64,000 nt of DNA from an uncultured Clostridia bacterium (GCA_945873295.1 CAMCCS010000001.1:19469-83468), one strand, 5' to 3'. Counted from the first letter of the stretch, positions 17,132 through 27,754 are shown. The notes: a model not told the origin generated them from the sequence alone. Translations and numbers: made by a program.

Positions 17132-17495
17132 AAATGATCGTTTAGCGCACTAGTGGCAAATTGGCGGATTCCTGGTCATTGCGATAAAGTAGCACACACT
17201 GGCGTGGCAATCTCCTGGTTAGAGGAACGCGTTCTCAATGACGATGGAGATTCCCACACCAGCGTGCGCGCTGGTTCGGAATGACACGAATATTGAAAAT
17301 GCAGCCGCTTATACGAACTCCCCCCGGTACCAGTGTGCGCACTGGTACCACCCCCCTCACAAGTGCGGGGGGCAAGGATGCGTTCCGCACGGAAGTGCGC
17401 ACCATAGAACGACATCGAGCGGGTCAGGGCAGAAACGAACACACATCAAGTTCGTCACGGCTTGGCTCCGGGCCCTGCCCGGTAAACGATCATTT
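17132..17495. mobile_element. Composite non-autonomous palindromic (REP/REPIN-like) element bounded by a 13-bp inverted repeat
   Basis: AAATGATCGTTTA (17132-44) / TAAACGATCATTT (17483-95); inside, a GTCATTGCGA...GCAATCTCC / GGAGATT...GGAATGAC doublet (17175-17285) and further palindromes. Confidence 0.65.
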
Positions 17496-17546
17496 CGCTG
17501 TCTTTTGCCGGACGCGACGGAATCATTACCAAATTTTCTAAATCCC

Positions 17547-17575
17547 TTGTTTTTTTCGCGGGACTACGCTATAAT
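17547..17575 (+). promoter_or_regulatory. sigma-A promoter of xpaC-telA
   Basis: TTGTTT-17bp-TATAAT. Confidence 0.6.
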
Positions 17576-17589
17576 ATAAACACCTTTAT

Positions 17590-18840
17590 ATGGAGCGAAT
17601 GAACATGGGGAGTTACAATCAGAATTGGGAGGAAATTGGCCGGAATATCCAGTCCCTTGTGGATGATGCCGTCCGCTCTCAGGATTATCAGAAACTGAAT
17701 CAAGCTATCCGCCAGACGGTGAGCAAGGCCGTGGATCTGGGGGGCACTGCCGTAAAAAAAGCAGTGGACACCACTGCCCGTTCCGCGCCCGCAGCTGGGA
17801 CGGCCCGCCAGACGGAGGCAAAAACCGTCACCGTGGAATCCCGGAATCTTCCCGCCCTCTACGGCAGCGCCAACGGCAAAACCGTTTCCGGCATTCTGAA
17901 AGTGGTTGGCGGAAGTTTGCTGTCCCTGTTTACATTCTTCGGTTTTCTCTCCACCGCCGTCGTCCGGCTGTTTACCGGATCGTCCCTGCTTTCTTTCTCC
18001 GTCATTGCAATCCTGCTGGGTTTTAGCGGCGGCGTTGCCCTCCTGTCCAGTGGTATCCGCACCCTGGGAATGGTGGGACGGTTCAATACCTACAAGCGGA
18101 TCCTGGGGCAGAAAACCTACTGTGCCCTGGACAAGCTGGCCCGCAGTGTGGGCAAAAGCGCTGCTTTCGTCCGCAAGGAGCTCAGCCGCATGATCGATGA
18201 CGGCCTGTTTCTGGAAGGGCACATGGACAAAGAGGGGCGCAACCTCATCACCAGTGACGAGACCTACCGGAATTTTGAGCGCAGCCGCCTGGCTCTGGAG
18301 CAGCGGCAGAAAGAGGAAGCAAAGGTCCAGGCGGCAGCTCCCAAAGTCCAGCCGAAGCCTGAGACCAAAGCCGTGGATCCCCAGGTACAGGAGGTTCTGG
18401 ACCGGGGAAATGAATTCCTCCGCCAGATCCGCAAGTGCAACGACGCCATCCCCGGGGAGGAAATTTCCGGGAAGATTTCCCGGATCGAGCTGATCGTCCG
18501 CCGGATCTTCCAGCGTGCCCAGGTGCACCCGGAGATCATTCCTGATCTGAAAAAAATGATGGACTACTACCTGCCCATGACCGTAAAGCTTCTGAACGCC
18601 TACGCGGATATGGATGCCCAGCCCGTTCAGGGGGAGACCATTCAGGCCTCCAAGCGGGAAATTGAAGACACTCTGGATACCCTGAATCTGGCCTTTGAGA
18701 AGCTGCTGGATTCCGTATTTCAGGACACCGCCATGGATGTGTCCAGCGATATTTCCGTCCTGCAAACCCTCCTTGCCCAGGAGGGACTGGTGGAGGACGA
18801 ACTGACAAAGCTGAGAAAACAAAATCAACCTGAGGAATAA
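17590..18840 (+). CDS. 5-bromo-4-chloroindolyl phosphate hydrolysis (XpaC) family membrane protein
   Basis: Two TMs; C-terminal DYYLP.T.KLL.AY...DVSSDISVL motif; lies upstream of telA. Exact start among nearby ATGs is uncertain. Confidence 0.8.
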   Translation: MERMNMGSYNQNWEEIGRNIQSLVDDAVRSQDYQKLNQAIRQTVSKAVDLGGTAVKKAVDTTARSAPAAGTARQTEAKTVTVESRNLPALYGSANGKTVSGILKVVGGSLLSLFTFFGFLSTAVVRLFTGSSLLSFSVIAILLGFSGGVALLSSGIRTLGMVGRFNTYKRILGQKTYCALDKLARSVGKSAAFVRKELSRMIDDGLFLEGHMDKEGRNLITSDETYRNFERSRLALEQRQKEEAKVQAAAPKVQPKPETKAVDPQVQEVLDRGNEFLRQIRKCNDAIPGEEISGKISRIELIVRRIFQRAQVHPEIIPDLKKMMDYYLPMTVKLLNAYADMDAQPVQGETIQASKREIEDTLDTLNLAFEKLLDSVFQDTAMDVSSDISVLQTLLAQEGLVEDELTKLRKQNQPEE

Positions 18841-18845
18841 GGAGA

Positions 18846-19997
18846 ATGTATATGCAGACGGAATTGGATCAATTTGACAACATGACCCCCAGCCTGACCC
18901 TGGAGCCGGAGCTGGAAGCGGCTCCCATGCCCATGGCCGTAAAGGAAGAAACCGCAGTGAAAGTCGCCGAGCCGGTGCTGACCGCCGAGGAACAGCAGAT
19001 GGTGGAGGCTTTTGCCGCCAAGATTGATGTGGAGAACACCGCCCAGATCCTGCAGTATGGCGCGGGCACCCAGAAGAAAATGGCGGACTTCTCCGATGCC
19101 GCTCTGGCCAATGTCCGTACCCAGGACTTAGGCGAGGTGGGCGACCTGATTACCAGCGTGGTGGGTGAGCTCCAGGGCTTTGACGCCGACGAGGAAAAGG
19201 GCTTCCTGGGCTTCTTCCGCAAGCAGGCAAACAAGCTGGAAAACATGAAGAATAAGTACGCCAAGGCCGAAGTGAATGTGGAAAAGATCGGCAATGCCCT
19301 GCAGCAGCACCAGGTCCGCCTGCTGAAGGATTCCGCCCTGCTGGACAAGATGTACGAGCAGAACCTGGCCTATTTCAAGGAGCTGACCATGTATATCCTG
19401 GCGGGCAAGAAGAAGCTCCAGGAGGTCCGGGAGGGCAAGCTCAAGGAGCTGGAAGCCACCGCCCAGCGCACCGGCCTTGCCGAGGATGCCCAGGCGGCAC
19501 GGGACCTGTCCGACAAGTGCAACCGGTTTGAAAAGAAGATCCACGATCTGGAGCTGACGAGAATGATCTCCATTCAGACCGCCCCCCAGATCCGGATGAT
19601 CCAGAACAACGACAACGTGATGGTGGAGAAGATCCAGACCACCCTGGTAAACACCATTCCTCTGTGGAAAAATCAGATGGTGCTGGCTCTGGGCATCGCC
19701 CATTCCACCGAGGCCGCTCAGGCCCAGCGGCAGGTCAACGATGTGACCAACGCTCTGCTGAAGCAGAACGCGGAAAAGCTGCACATGGCCTCCGTGGAGA
19801 CCGCCAAGGAAGCGGAGCGGGGCATTGTGGATATTGAGACCCTGAAGAAGACCAACGCCGAGCTGATCCAGACCCTGGACGATGTGATGAAGATTCAGGC
19901 CGACGGACGGGCCAAGCGGATGGCCGCGGAAGCCGAAATGGAAAAAATGGAAAACGATCTGAAGGTCAAGCTCCTGCAGATCCGCAACGGCGGCTGA
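18846..19997 (+). CDS. telA: Toxic anion resistance protein TelA
   Basis: ILQYGAGTQKK, QTAPQIR.IQ.N, NTIPLWKNQ, ERGIVDIETLK motifs. Confidence 0.9.
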   Translation: MYMQTELDQFDNMTPSLTLEPELEAAPMPMAVKEETAVKVAEPVLTAEEQQMVEAFAAKIDVENTAQILQYGAGTQKKMADFSDAALANVRTQDLGEVGDLITSVVGELQGFDADEEKGFLGFFRKQANKLENMKNKYAKAEVNVEKIGNALQQHQVRLLKDSALLDKMYEQNLAYFKELTMYILAGKKKLQEVREGKLKELEATAQRTGLAEDAQAARDLSDKCNRFEKKIHDLELTRMISIQTAPQIRMIQNNDNVMVEKIQTTLVNTIPLWKNQMVLALGIAHSTEAAQAQRQVNDVTNALLKQNAEKLHMASVETAKEAERGIVDIETLKKTNAELIQTLDDVMKIQADGRAKRMAAEAEMEKMENDLKVKLLQIRNGG

Positions 19998-20007
19998 TAT
20001 ACAGCAC

Positions 20008-20036
20008 AACCCCCGGGACAATTCGTCCCGGGGGTT
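20008..20036. terminator. Bidirectional terminator
   Basis: AACCCCCGGGAC-AATTC-GTCCCGGGGGTT between convergent genes. Confidence 0.75.
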
Positions 20037-20041
20037 AACAT

Positions 20042-20953
20042 TTATCGATGTTCTTCCAGCCAGGCAAGCAGATCGGCATAGACTTCCTGCCGGTTCGTTT
20101 CGTTGAGGATCTCATGCCGGGCGCCGGGGTAAAGCTTCATGGTCACATCTTCACAGCCGGCATCCAGGAAGAAACCATATACCTTTTTCACACCCTTGCC
20201 CATGGCGCCCACCGGGTCCGCGTCTCCGGAGAACAGGCCCACGGGCGTATTTTTGTCCATTTTTGCCAGGTTTTCTTTTTTTGCGATATATTGCAGGCCC
20301 GTCATCATGGCGTGGTTCATGCCCGCCCGGGTGGGGAAATTGCACAGAGGATCCGCAAGATACGTATCCACCACAGCTTCATCCCGGCTGATCCAGTCGG
20401 CGCTGGTGCGGTTGGGCGCAAAGGCCTTATTATAGGCCCCCAGGGAAATGGAAAGAAACAGCTTATTGACCTTATGGGGATCGCCAAAGCTGGTAAGGAT
20501 TTTACCCAGGGCAACGGTGAGCGCCCCTTCCTGGCCGGTGCCGGAGAGAATGCAGCCGTCCACCGTGCCGGGATAGTCAATGAGGTAGGTCCGGGCCTGG
20601 AAAGAACCCATGGAATGCCCCAGGAGAAAATAAGGAAGTTCCGGATACCGGAGGCCAATCTGCTTTCTCAAGGAATACAGGTCCTTGGTCAGCACAAACC
20701 AGTCGGTGAAGAAACCGTATTCCTCCGGCCCGGCAGCAGTCAGACCGTGGCCCAGATGGTCGCTGCCCGCTACCGCATAGCCCTGCTCCGTCAGAAACAG
20801 AGCAAAGGGCTCATAGCGCAGGGCGTACTCGCAGATACCGTGTACAATCTGCACCACCGCTTTTGGTTCCCCTGTCTCCGGCAGCCAGAGAACCGCGTGA
20901 ACCTGATGAACACCGTCACAGGACGGATAGAAAAATTCCTGCCTGTTTGCCAT
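20042..20953 (-). CDS. Alpha/beta hydrolase (lysophospholipase/monoglyceride lipase-like)
   Basis: VHGICE, DHLGHG, GHSMG nucleophile, G..DPV, RHEILNE. Confidence 0.88.
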   Translation of the reverse strand: MANRQEFFYPSCDGVHQVHAVLWLPETGEPKAVVQIVHGICEYALRYEPFALFLTEQGYAVAGSDHLGHGLTAAGPEEYGFFTDWFVLTKDLYSLRKQIGLRYPELPYFLLGHSMGSFQARTYLIDYPGTVDGCILSGTGQEGALTVALGKILTSFGDPHKVNKLFLSISLGAYNKAFAPNRTSADWISRDEAVVDTYLADPLCNFPTRAGMNHAMMTGLQYIAKKENLAKMDKNTPVGLFSGDADPVGAMGKGVKKVYGFFLDAGCEDVTMKLYPGARHEILNETNRQEVYADLLAWLEEHR

Positions 20954-20991
20954 AAAAATGCCTCCTCAAACCCATTCTGTTCGTTGGCCTT

Positions 20992-22476
20992 TTACTCCGC
21001 CCAGTTCCGGCTGCGGGAAACCGCCTTGTGCCACCCGGCAAGGAGCTTTTCCCGCTGAGCTTCGTCCATGGCGGGCTTATATACCGTGTCGCAGGCCCAC
21101 AGGCCCTTGATTTCTTCCCGGTCCTTCCATACCCCCGTTGCCAGGCCCGCCAGATAGGCGGCACCCAGAGCGGTGGTCTCCCGGATGGCCGGACGGCGGA
21201 CCGAACGGTCCATAATATCCGCCTGGAACTGCATCAGGAACATGTCCCGGCTGGCGCCGCCGTCGGCTTTCAGCTGGGTCAGGGTGATGCCCGTGTCGCT
21301 TTCCATGGCATGCAGGAGATCCGCCACCTGATAGGCAATGGATTCCTGGGCGGCACGGATGATGTGCTCCCGCTTGGTGCCCCGGGTGATGCCCACGATG
21401 GCGCCCCGGGCGTACATATCCCACCAGGGAGCCCCCAGGCCGGTAAATGCAGGCACCAGATACACGCCGCCGTTGTCCGGAACCTTCCGGGCATAGTATT
21501 CCGCGTCCCGGCTGTCAGTAAAGAAGCGCATCTCATCCCGCAGCCACTGGATCACCGCGCCGCCTACAAACACCGAACCTTCCAGAGCGTACTGCACCTT
21601 TCCATCCAGACCAATGGCGATGGTAGTGAGCAGACCGTTTTTGCTTTCACAGGGGGTTTCCCCGGTGTTCATCAGCAGAAAGCAGCCGGTTCCGTAGGTG
21701 TTTTTCGCGTCTCCCGGGTCGAAACAGGTCTGGCCAAACAGCGCCGCCTGCTGGTCTCCGGCAATGCCCGCAATGGGCACCTTCACCCCCTGAATCTCGG
21801 TATAGCCGTAAACTTCACTGGAGGGGCGCACCTGGGGGAGCATTGCCCTAGGGATGTCCAGGGCTTCCAGGAGCGTATCGTCCCAGCAAAGGTTATGGAT
21901 GTCATAGAGCATGGTGCGGGATGCGTTGGTATAGTCCGTGACATGGACCCCGCCCCCCGTCAGCTTCCACACCAGCCAGCTGTCCACGGTGCCGAAAAGG
22001 AGCTTCCCCGCTTTCGCCCGCTCCAGGGCGCCCGGCACATGGTCCAGGATCCACTTGATCTTGGTAGCGGAAAAATAGGCATCGGGAATCAATCCGGTGG
22101 TCTTCTTAATATGCTCCGTCAAGCCCCGGGCCACCAGGCTGTCCACAATATCGGCGGTTCTCCGGCACTGCCAGACGATGGCATTGTACACAGGCTTTCC
22201 CGTCTCTTTATCCCAGACAATGGTGGTCTCCCGCTGGTTGGTGATGCCGATGGCGGCAATCTCCCGGGGATCCACACCGGACTGAGCAACCACCTCCATC
22301 ATAACCGCGTACTGGCTGGACCAGATTTCCATGGGATCGTGCTCCACCCAGCCCTCATGGGGATAGAATTGGGTAAACTCCTTCTGGCTTACCCCCAGGA
22401 TATTCTGTTCCCGATCAAAGAGGATGGCCCGGGAGCTGGTCGTACCCTGATCCAAAGCGAGGATATAGTTTCCCAT
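20992..22476 (-). CDS. glpK: Glycerol kinase
   Basis: [40 protein letters not shown]. Confidence 0.97.
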   Translation of the reverse strand: MGNYILALDQGTTSSRAILFDREQNILGVSQKEFTQFYPHEGWVEHDPMEIWSSQYAVMMEVVAQSGVDPREIAAIGITNQRETTIVWDKETGKPVYNAIVWQCRRTADIVDSLVARGLTEHIKKTTGLIPDAYFSATKIKWILDHVPGALERAKAGKLLFGTVDSWLVWKLTGGGVHVTDYTNASRTMLYDIHNLCWDDTLLEALDIPRAMLPQVRPSSEVYGYTEIQGVKVPIAGIAGDQQAALFGQTCFDPGDAKNTYGTGCFLLMNTGETPCESKNGLLTTIAIGLDGKVQYALEGSVFVGGAVIQWLRDEMRFFTDSRDAEYYARKVPDNGGVYLVPAFTGLGAPWWDMYARGAIVGITRGTKREHIIRAAQESIAYQVADLLHAMESDTGITLTQLKADGGASRDMFLMQFQADIMDRSVRRPAIRETTALGAAYLAGLATGVWKDREEIKGLWACDTVYKPAMDEAQREKLLAGWHKAVSRSRNWAE

Positions 22477-22478
22477 TC

Positions 22479-22835
22479 TCAATTCTCCTTTTCCATGTTC
22501 CGGGTGGAAACAAGATCCGCTCCCGTTCCGCAGATATTCTTGATGACAATGTCTCCGATCCGGACCGGCGCCGTGAGGGTCACATTCTCCATGGCTTTCA
22601 TCACTGCCCGGATGCTTTCCTTGGGCACGGGCCGGTTTGTCTTCACCGGGCACCGGGGATAGGCCGCGTCCCGGCAGCGGACGGTGGAGGTAACCACCCG
22701 GACAGGGTGCATTAGCTCCGATTTACCGTACTCCGCCCCCCTGGGGCAGCTGTTCCCTGTCACCAAATAGTCCTTTTCTTCATCTACCCTGAGATGGCAG
22801 CCGTTGGGACAGACGATGCAGATTAGTTCTTTCAT
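22479..22835 (-). CDS. DUF1667 CxxC protein
   Basis: CIVCPNGC...GNSCPRG; typical third gene of the clostridial G3P dehydrogenase cluster. Confidence 0.85.
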   Translation of the reverse strand: MKELICIVCPNGCHLRVDEEKDYLVTGNSCPRGAEYGKSELMHPVRVVTSTVRCRDAAYPRCPVKTNRPVPKESIRAVMKAMENVTLTAPVRIGDIVIKNICGTGADLVSTRNMEKEN

Positions 22836-24085
22836 GCTTGCGCCTCCCTAATAGACAGGGTAATCTCCCCGTCTGCCTTATTTAGAAGAACGGCGGGAAG
22901 CATGATATGCTCCATTTCTCCGGGAGCCAGGTGGGAACGGCTGTATTTCGCAATCACGGTTTCTCCGGAGGTTACAAGGATCTCACTGTCCCGGCACACC
23001 CGGTTCACCCGGAAGAAGATCCCACAATTTTTCTTCACACCCTCCCTGCGGATCCGCTGGGGAACGGTGTAGGTCACGCCGGGGCCATTCTTGACGGTCA
23101 GGGTCTTCCCCGCCCTGTCGCCGGAGAGCACATACGCCGCAGCGGCCTCCCCTGCGCGAAGACTCTCCGAAGTAACGTAGTCCACCAGATCGTGAACATG
23201 GCACACATTTCCGCAGGCAAAGATACCGGGCACCGAGACCTCCATATTTTCGTAGACCTTGGGACCGTTGGTCCTTGGGTCCATTTCAATGCCCGCCTGG
23301 CGCGTCAGCTCGTTTTCCGGGATCAGGCCCACGGACAAAAGCAGGGTATCACAGTCAAAAACCATTTCCGTGCCTGGGATGGGCCGGCGGCTTTCGTCCA
23401 CCTGGGACACCACCACCTGCTCCACACGCTTTTCTCCCCGGATCTCAGTTACGGTATGGGAAAGGTACAGGGGGATGTCAAAATCCTGCAGGCACTGGAC
23501 AATGTTCCGGTTCAGCCCGCCGGAATAGGGCATGACCTCCACACAGGCCAGGACCTTCGCCCCCTCCAGGGTCATCCGCCGAGCCATAATGAGGCCAATG
23601 TCCCCGCTGCCCAGAATGACTACCCGCTTTCCCGGGAGCCACCCCTCCATATTCACATACCGCTGGGCCGCGCCTGCGGTGAAAATCCCGGCAGGACGGG
23701 TTCCGGGGATGGCAATGGCTCCCCGGGTTCGCTCCCGGCAGCCCATGGCAAGGACCACGGTCCTCGCCTGTTCCTCCCGGTAGCCGGTGGCCTTTCCCAC
23801 CATCCGCACCTGCTTGTCCCGGGTCACTTCCAGAACCATGGTATCCAGCCGGACCTCCACGCCGGTGGAACGGATCATGGAAGCAAAGCGTCCTGCGTAT
23901 TCCGGCCCGGTAAGTTCTTCTTTAAAATGGTGCAGGCCGAAGCCGTTGTGAATGCATTGGTTCAAAATGCCTCCCAGCTCCCGGTCCCGCTCCACTATGA
24001 GGATCTTTTTCAGTCCCTTATCCCAGGCGGCCCAGGCGGCTGCCAGTCCGGCGGGGCCGCCGCCCACAACAATCAGATCATACAT
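22832..24085 (-). CDS. NAD(P)/FAD-dependent oxidoreductase (G3P dehydrogenase partner)
   Basis: GGGPAG, GGILNQCIHNGFG, MGCRER, GSGDIG. Confidence 0.88.
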   Translation of the reverse strand: MYDLIVVGGGPAGLAAAWAAWDKGLKKILIVERDRELGGILNQCIHNGFGLHHFKEELTGPEYAGRFASMIRSTGVEVRLDTMVLEVTRDKQVRMVGKATGYREEQARTVVLAMGCRERTRGAIAIPGTRPAGIFTAGAAQRYVNMEGWLPGKRVVILGSGDIGLIMARRMTLEGAKVLACVEVMPYSGGLNRNIVQCLQDFDIPLYLSHTVTEIRGEKRVEQVVVSQVDESRRPIPGTEMVFDCDTLLLSVGLIPENELTRQAGIEMDPRTNGPKVYENMEVSVPGIFACGNVCHVHDLVDYVTSESLRAGEAAAAYVLSGDRAGKTLTVKNGPGVTYTVPQRIRREGVKKNCGIFFRVNRVCRDSEILVTSGETVIAKYSRSHLAPGEMEHIMLPAVLLNKADGEITLSIREAQA

Positions 24086-25520
24086 CCTCCCAGCCTCCCT
24101 TCGTCCGGCACAGCAGGATCCGGGTATCCGCCCGGTCCTGGAGGATTTCCCCGGGGCTGACCCCCAGCTCCCGGGACAGCAGCTCTACCACCCTGGGGCC
24201 GCAGAAGCCGCCCTGGCACCGGCCCATACCGGTATTCACCCGACGCTTTACACCGTCCACGGACCGGGGCGGAATGGGCGTACGGAAGCAGGCAAGGATC
24301 TCCCCCTCCGTCACCGTCTCACACCGGCACACCACCCGGCCATAGGCAGGTTCTTTTTCGATCAACTCTGCTTTTTGGGAAGCGGACAGCTCCTTGAACC
24401 GGATTCTGTGCCGCTCACAAACAAAATCCGCCTTTTCCGCAAGGGGAAGTCCCGCGCCGCCCAGCAGCTCCACCGCATACTCCCCAATGGCAGTGGCCGC
24501 GCTGAGGCCGGGAGAGCAGATTCCCGCAAGGTCCAGAAAGCCCGGGGCATCCGGAGGAAATTCGATGATAAAATCCCCTCGGTCGGTACGGGCCCGCACC
24601 CCGGCAAAGTTCCGGATGGACTGGCGGAAATCTATAGATGGAACCGACTTCAATGCTTTTTCCCGGACAAAGGCCATCCCGGCGGCGGTATTGGCGGTAT
24701 TGTTCCCCTCCACCGTGTCGGCGCTGGGCCCGACGATCAGATTCCCGTGAACCGTTGGCGCAGCCAGCACGCCCTTTCCGTTTTCATTGGGGCACTGGAA
24801 CAGCACATAGTTAATCCGGCTGCCCTCGCATTTGTCCAGTAAGTAATACTCTCCCCGGCTGGGGCGCATGGCAAAGCTATGGGAGGACACCATATCGTGA
24901 ATATCCCCGGCAAAAACTCCCGCGGCATTGACCACAAATCGGCTCCGGTACACACCCCGGTTGGTAGAAACCCTCCAGCCCTCCGCTTCCCGCGTAAGTC
25001 CGGTGACCTCTGTTTCCAGGAAAAGCTCGGCACCGTTCTTTACCGCTGTCTCGGCAAGGGCAAGGCACAGCTCCCAGGGAGAGCAGATGGCGGCAGTGGG
25101 GGCAAGGAGCGCCGCGGTAACTTCGGCGGAAAGTCCGGGTTCCAGGGCACGGGCCTCGTCACCGGAAATAACGCGAAGCTCCGGCACGCCGCTTAACTTG
25201 CCCCGGGCTAAAAGCGTCCGCAGGGTTTCCTCTTCCTGCTCCGAAAATGCCAGCACCATAGAACCGCATTGACGATACGGGACATCCAGCTTTTCGCAAA
25301 GCTCCCGGGCAAGCCCCGATCCCCGGACATTGAGCTTTGCCATCAGAGTCCCAGGCTCCGGGTCATAGCCCGCGTGAAGGATTGCGGAGTTGGCCTTGGT
25401 GGCTCCCTGGGCAACATCATTCTCCCGCTCCAAAATCCCAACTTTCAGACGGTATTTACTCAGCATAAACGCCGCGGCCGCGCCTGTAATGCCGCAGCCG
25501 ATAATCAGGACATCATACAT
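24078..25520 (-). CDS. FAD-dependent glycerol-3-phosphate dehydrogenase (GlpA-like) with BFD-type [2Fe-2S] domain
   Basis: IIGCGITG, TKANSAILHAGYD, CRCE.VTEGE...GRCQGGFC; clustered with glpK. Confidence 0.85.
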   Translation of the reverse strand: MYDVLIIGCGITGAAAAFMLSKYRLKVGILERENDVAQGATKANSAILHAGYDPEPGTLMAKLNVRGSGLARELCEKLDVPYRQCGSMVLAFSEQEEETLRTLLARGKLSGVPELRVISGDEARALEPGLSAEVTAALLAPTAAICSPWELCLALAETAVKNGAELFLETEVTGLTREAEGWRVSTNRGVYRSRFVVNAAGVFAGDIHDMVSSHSFAMRPSRGEYYLLDKCEGSRINYVLFQCPNENGKGVLAAPTVHGNLIVGPSADTVEGNNTANTAAGMAFVREKALKSVPSIDFRQSIRNFAGVRARTDRGDFIIEFPPDAPGFLDLAGICSPGLSAATAIGEYAVELLGGAGLPLAEKADFVCERHRIRFKELSASQKAELIEKEPAYGRVVCRCETVTEGEILACFRTPIPPRSVDGVKRRVNTGMGRCQGGFCGPRVVELLSRELGVSPGEILQDRADTRILLCRTKGGWEDV

Positions 25521-25536
25521 GGAATCCCCCCCTGAC

Positions 25537-25630
25537 GAAAAAGGCGAAACAGGATTACCCATTCCGGGCTGACCCAGTTTCGCTTTCATCCTTATGGGCG
25601 TATTATACAATAAAATGTTGAAAAAATCAA
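25537..25630 (-). promoter_or_regulatory. sigma-A promoter and leader terminator (candidate GlpP-type attenuator) of glycerol operon
   Basis: TTGATT-17bp-TATAAT (25630-25602), then stem AAAGCGAAAC...GTTTCGCC followed by TTTTT before the RBS. Confidence 0.6.
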
Positions 25631-25692
25631 GTATCGCTGTCTGTTTTGCAATCATTTTACGGATACACTTCCGGGAGGTTTTGCTTTCTGCC

Positions 25693-25721
25693 TTTACAGA
25701 TTTTCTTTCCTGTGGTAAAAT
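25693..25721 (+). promoter_or_regulatory. sigma-A promoter of pulA
   Basis: TTTACA-17bp-TAAAAT. Confidence 0.55.
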
Positions 25722-25787
25722 AGTCGAAAACTACGGCTTATTCTATTCCCGGCAAAAATTGTTTTTCTGAACAAGGAGAAGCGGTAT

Positions 25788-27689
25788 ATGGACTATTCCA
25801 GCAGCAGCTTTGAAAAGGCCTACACCTATACAGGCGGCGATCTTGGCGCCCTGTGGAGTCCTGGGTGTACCCGGTTCCGGGTCTGGGCACCCACAGCCTC
25901 CGCCGTCCGCCTCCGGTTCTATCCCGACGGCGGCGACAGCGCCCCCATCCGGGAATACCCTATGACTCCCGGCAGTGAGGGGACCTGGACGCTTTCCCTG
26001 GACGGGGACCTGCATGGGGTGTACTATACCTATCTCGTCACCGTGGATGGGATCACCAGGGAGTCCATTGACCCCTACGCCCGGGCAGGCGGTGTCAACG
26101 GGCTGCGGGGCATGGTCATTGATCTGGGACGCACCGACCCGGACGGGTGGGCTTCGGACCGGGGACCAAGAATGGCCATCACCGACGCGGTGATCTGGGA
26201 GGTTCATGTAAGGGACCTGTCCATTCATCCTTCCTCCGGCATGGAAAACAAGGGAAAATACCTGGCCCTGACGGAGGAAAACACCGCAACTGCCCACGGC
26301 TTTCCTACAGGGCTTGCCCACATCAAGGCATTGGGCGTCACCCATGTTCAGCTGCTTCCCATCTACGACTACGGCTCCGTGGATGAAGCATGCCCAGACC
26401 GCCGGCAGTATAACTGGGGCTACGACCCCGTCAATTTCAATTTCCCGGAGGGTTCCTATTCCTCCGACCCGTTCCACGGGGAGGTCCGGGTCCGGGAACT
26501 GAAAGAGGCAATCCATGCCCTCCACAAAAACGGCATCGGTGTCATTATGGATGTGGTTTACAACCATGTATACCGCCGGGATGACTTTGGCTTCAATAAA
26601 ATCGTTCCGGGCTATTTCAGCCGGGGAACCTCCAATGGCTCCTGCTGCGGCAATGACACCGCCAGCGAGCGTTCCATGGTACGAAAATTCATCGTGGATT
26701 CCCTGTGCTACTGGGCCGAAGAATACCACCTGGATGGCTTCCGCTTTGACCTTGCCGGCATCATCGACGCGGATACCATCCGCCTTGCCCGGCAGGCGCT
26801 GGAACGCAAAACCCCGGGACTGCTGCTCTACGGCGAGGGCTGGAACATGAACACCGTGGTAACAAAACAGAATGTCAGCCTTGCAACCCAGAAAAACGCC
26901 CCCTCCCTCCCCGGCTTTGGTTTCTTCAATGATACCATCCGGGATCTAGTGCGGGGGCCGCTGTTTGAAACCACTGACCCTGGGTTTGCCTCCGGCGCAT
27001 TTCGGGCGCTTTCGGAGTTGGCATCTGCCTTTGCGGGCCGTCCCGGGTGGACGGAGAATCCAGGGCAAAGCATCAACTATTGCTCCTGCCATGATAACTA
27101 TACCCTGGCGGATCGGATCGCTCTGGCAAGGCCCGGCATTTCCAAGCAGGAGCTTGCCCGCCGGAACCGGCTGGCCGCCGCGTTCTGCATTCTTTCCCAG
27201 GGCGTTCCCTTCTTCCAGGCCGGGGAAGAAATGCTCCGTTCCAAACCCTCCGGCCGGGGCGGGTTTGTTGACAACAGCTACCGCTCTTCTGACCGGGTGA
27301 ACGCCCTGCGGTGGAACACCTTTGAAAGCCCGGACGCGCTGCAGACGCTGCGCTACTATCAGGGTCTGATCGCCCTGCGAAAAGAATTCCCTCTGTTCCG
27401 GCTGACCTCCCGGGCGCAGATCGACGAAAAACTTCATTCCTTCCCCTGCGGCGGGGCGCACACGCCGGGCTTCCTGCTGGAAGACAGCGGCCGGCGTCTG
27501 CTGGTCATTTTCCATCCGGAAGACACGCCCCTGGAAGTCAGCCTGCCCCAGGGCACCTGGAATGCCCTGGTGTGGGACAATGACGCCGGAACCCGTATCC
27601 TGTTTCAGGCAGAGGGCAGAATCCTTCTGCCCCCCGTGGCTGCGGCAGTTTTGACAGCATATAATACAACCCGGACGAAATTTATTTGA
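25788..27689 (+). CDS. pulA: Type I pullulanase (GH13)
   Basis: YNWGYDP, MDVVYNH, DGFRFDL, YGEGW, HDN catalytic motifs; no signal peptide. Confidence 0.93.
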   Translation: MDYSSSSFEKAYTYTGGDLGALWSPGCTRFRVWAPTASAVRLRFYPDGGDSAPIREYPMTPGSEGTWTLSLDGDLHGVYYTYLVTVDGITRESIDPYARAGGVNGLRGMVIDLGRTDPDGWASDRGPRMAITDAVIWEVHVRDLSIHPSSGMENKGKYLALTEENTATAHGFPTGLAHIKALGVTHVQLLPIYDYGSVDEACPDRRQYNWGYDPVNFNFPEGSYSSDPFHGEVRVRELKEAIHALHKNGIGVIMDVVYNHVYRRDDFGFNKIVPGYFSRGTSNGSCCGNDTASERSMVRKFIVDSLCYWAEEYHLDGFRFDLAGIIDADTIRLARQALERKTPGLLLYGEGWNMNTVVTKQNVSLATQKNAPSLPGFGFFNDTIRDLVRGPLFETTDPGFASGAFRALSELASAFAGRPGWTENPGQSINYCSCHDNYTLADRIALARPGISKQELARRNRLAAAFCILSQGVPFFQAGEEMLRSKPSGRGGFVDNSYRSSDRVNALRWNTFESPDALQTLRYYQGLIALRKEFPLFRLTSRAQIDEKLHSFPCGGAHTPGFLLEDSGRRLLVIFHPEDTPLEVSLPQGTWNALVWDNDAGTRILFQAEGRILLPPVAAAVLTAYNTTRTKFI

Positions 27690-27714
27690 CTTTTCTCGTC
27701 ATTTTGACTATAAT
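27686..27714 (+). promoter_or_regulatory. sigma-A promoter
   Basis: TTGACT-17bp-TATAAT upstream of the cytidylate kinase-like gene. Confidence 0.75.
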
Positions 27715-27754
27715 ATAAGCAGGCGGATTCCATCCCCTATAAGGAGGCATCAAT

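Noticed and set aside
17175-17480. CRISPR array
   Set aside because: The repeats are inverted and heterogeneous, not regularly spaced direct repeats; no cas genes in the window.
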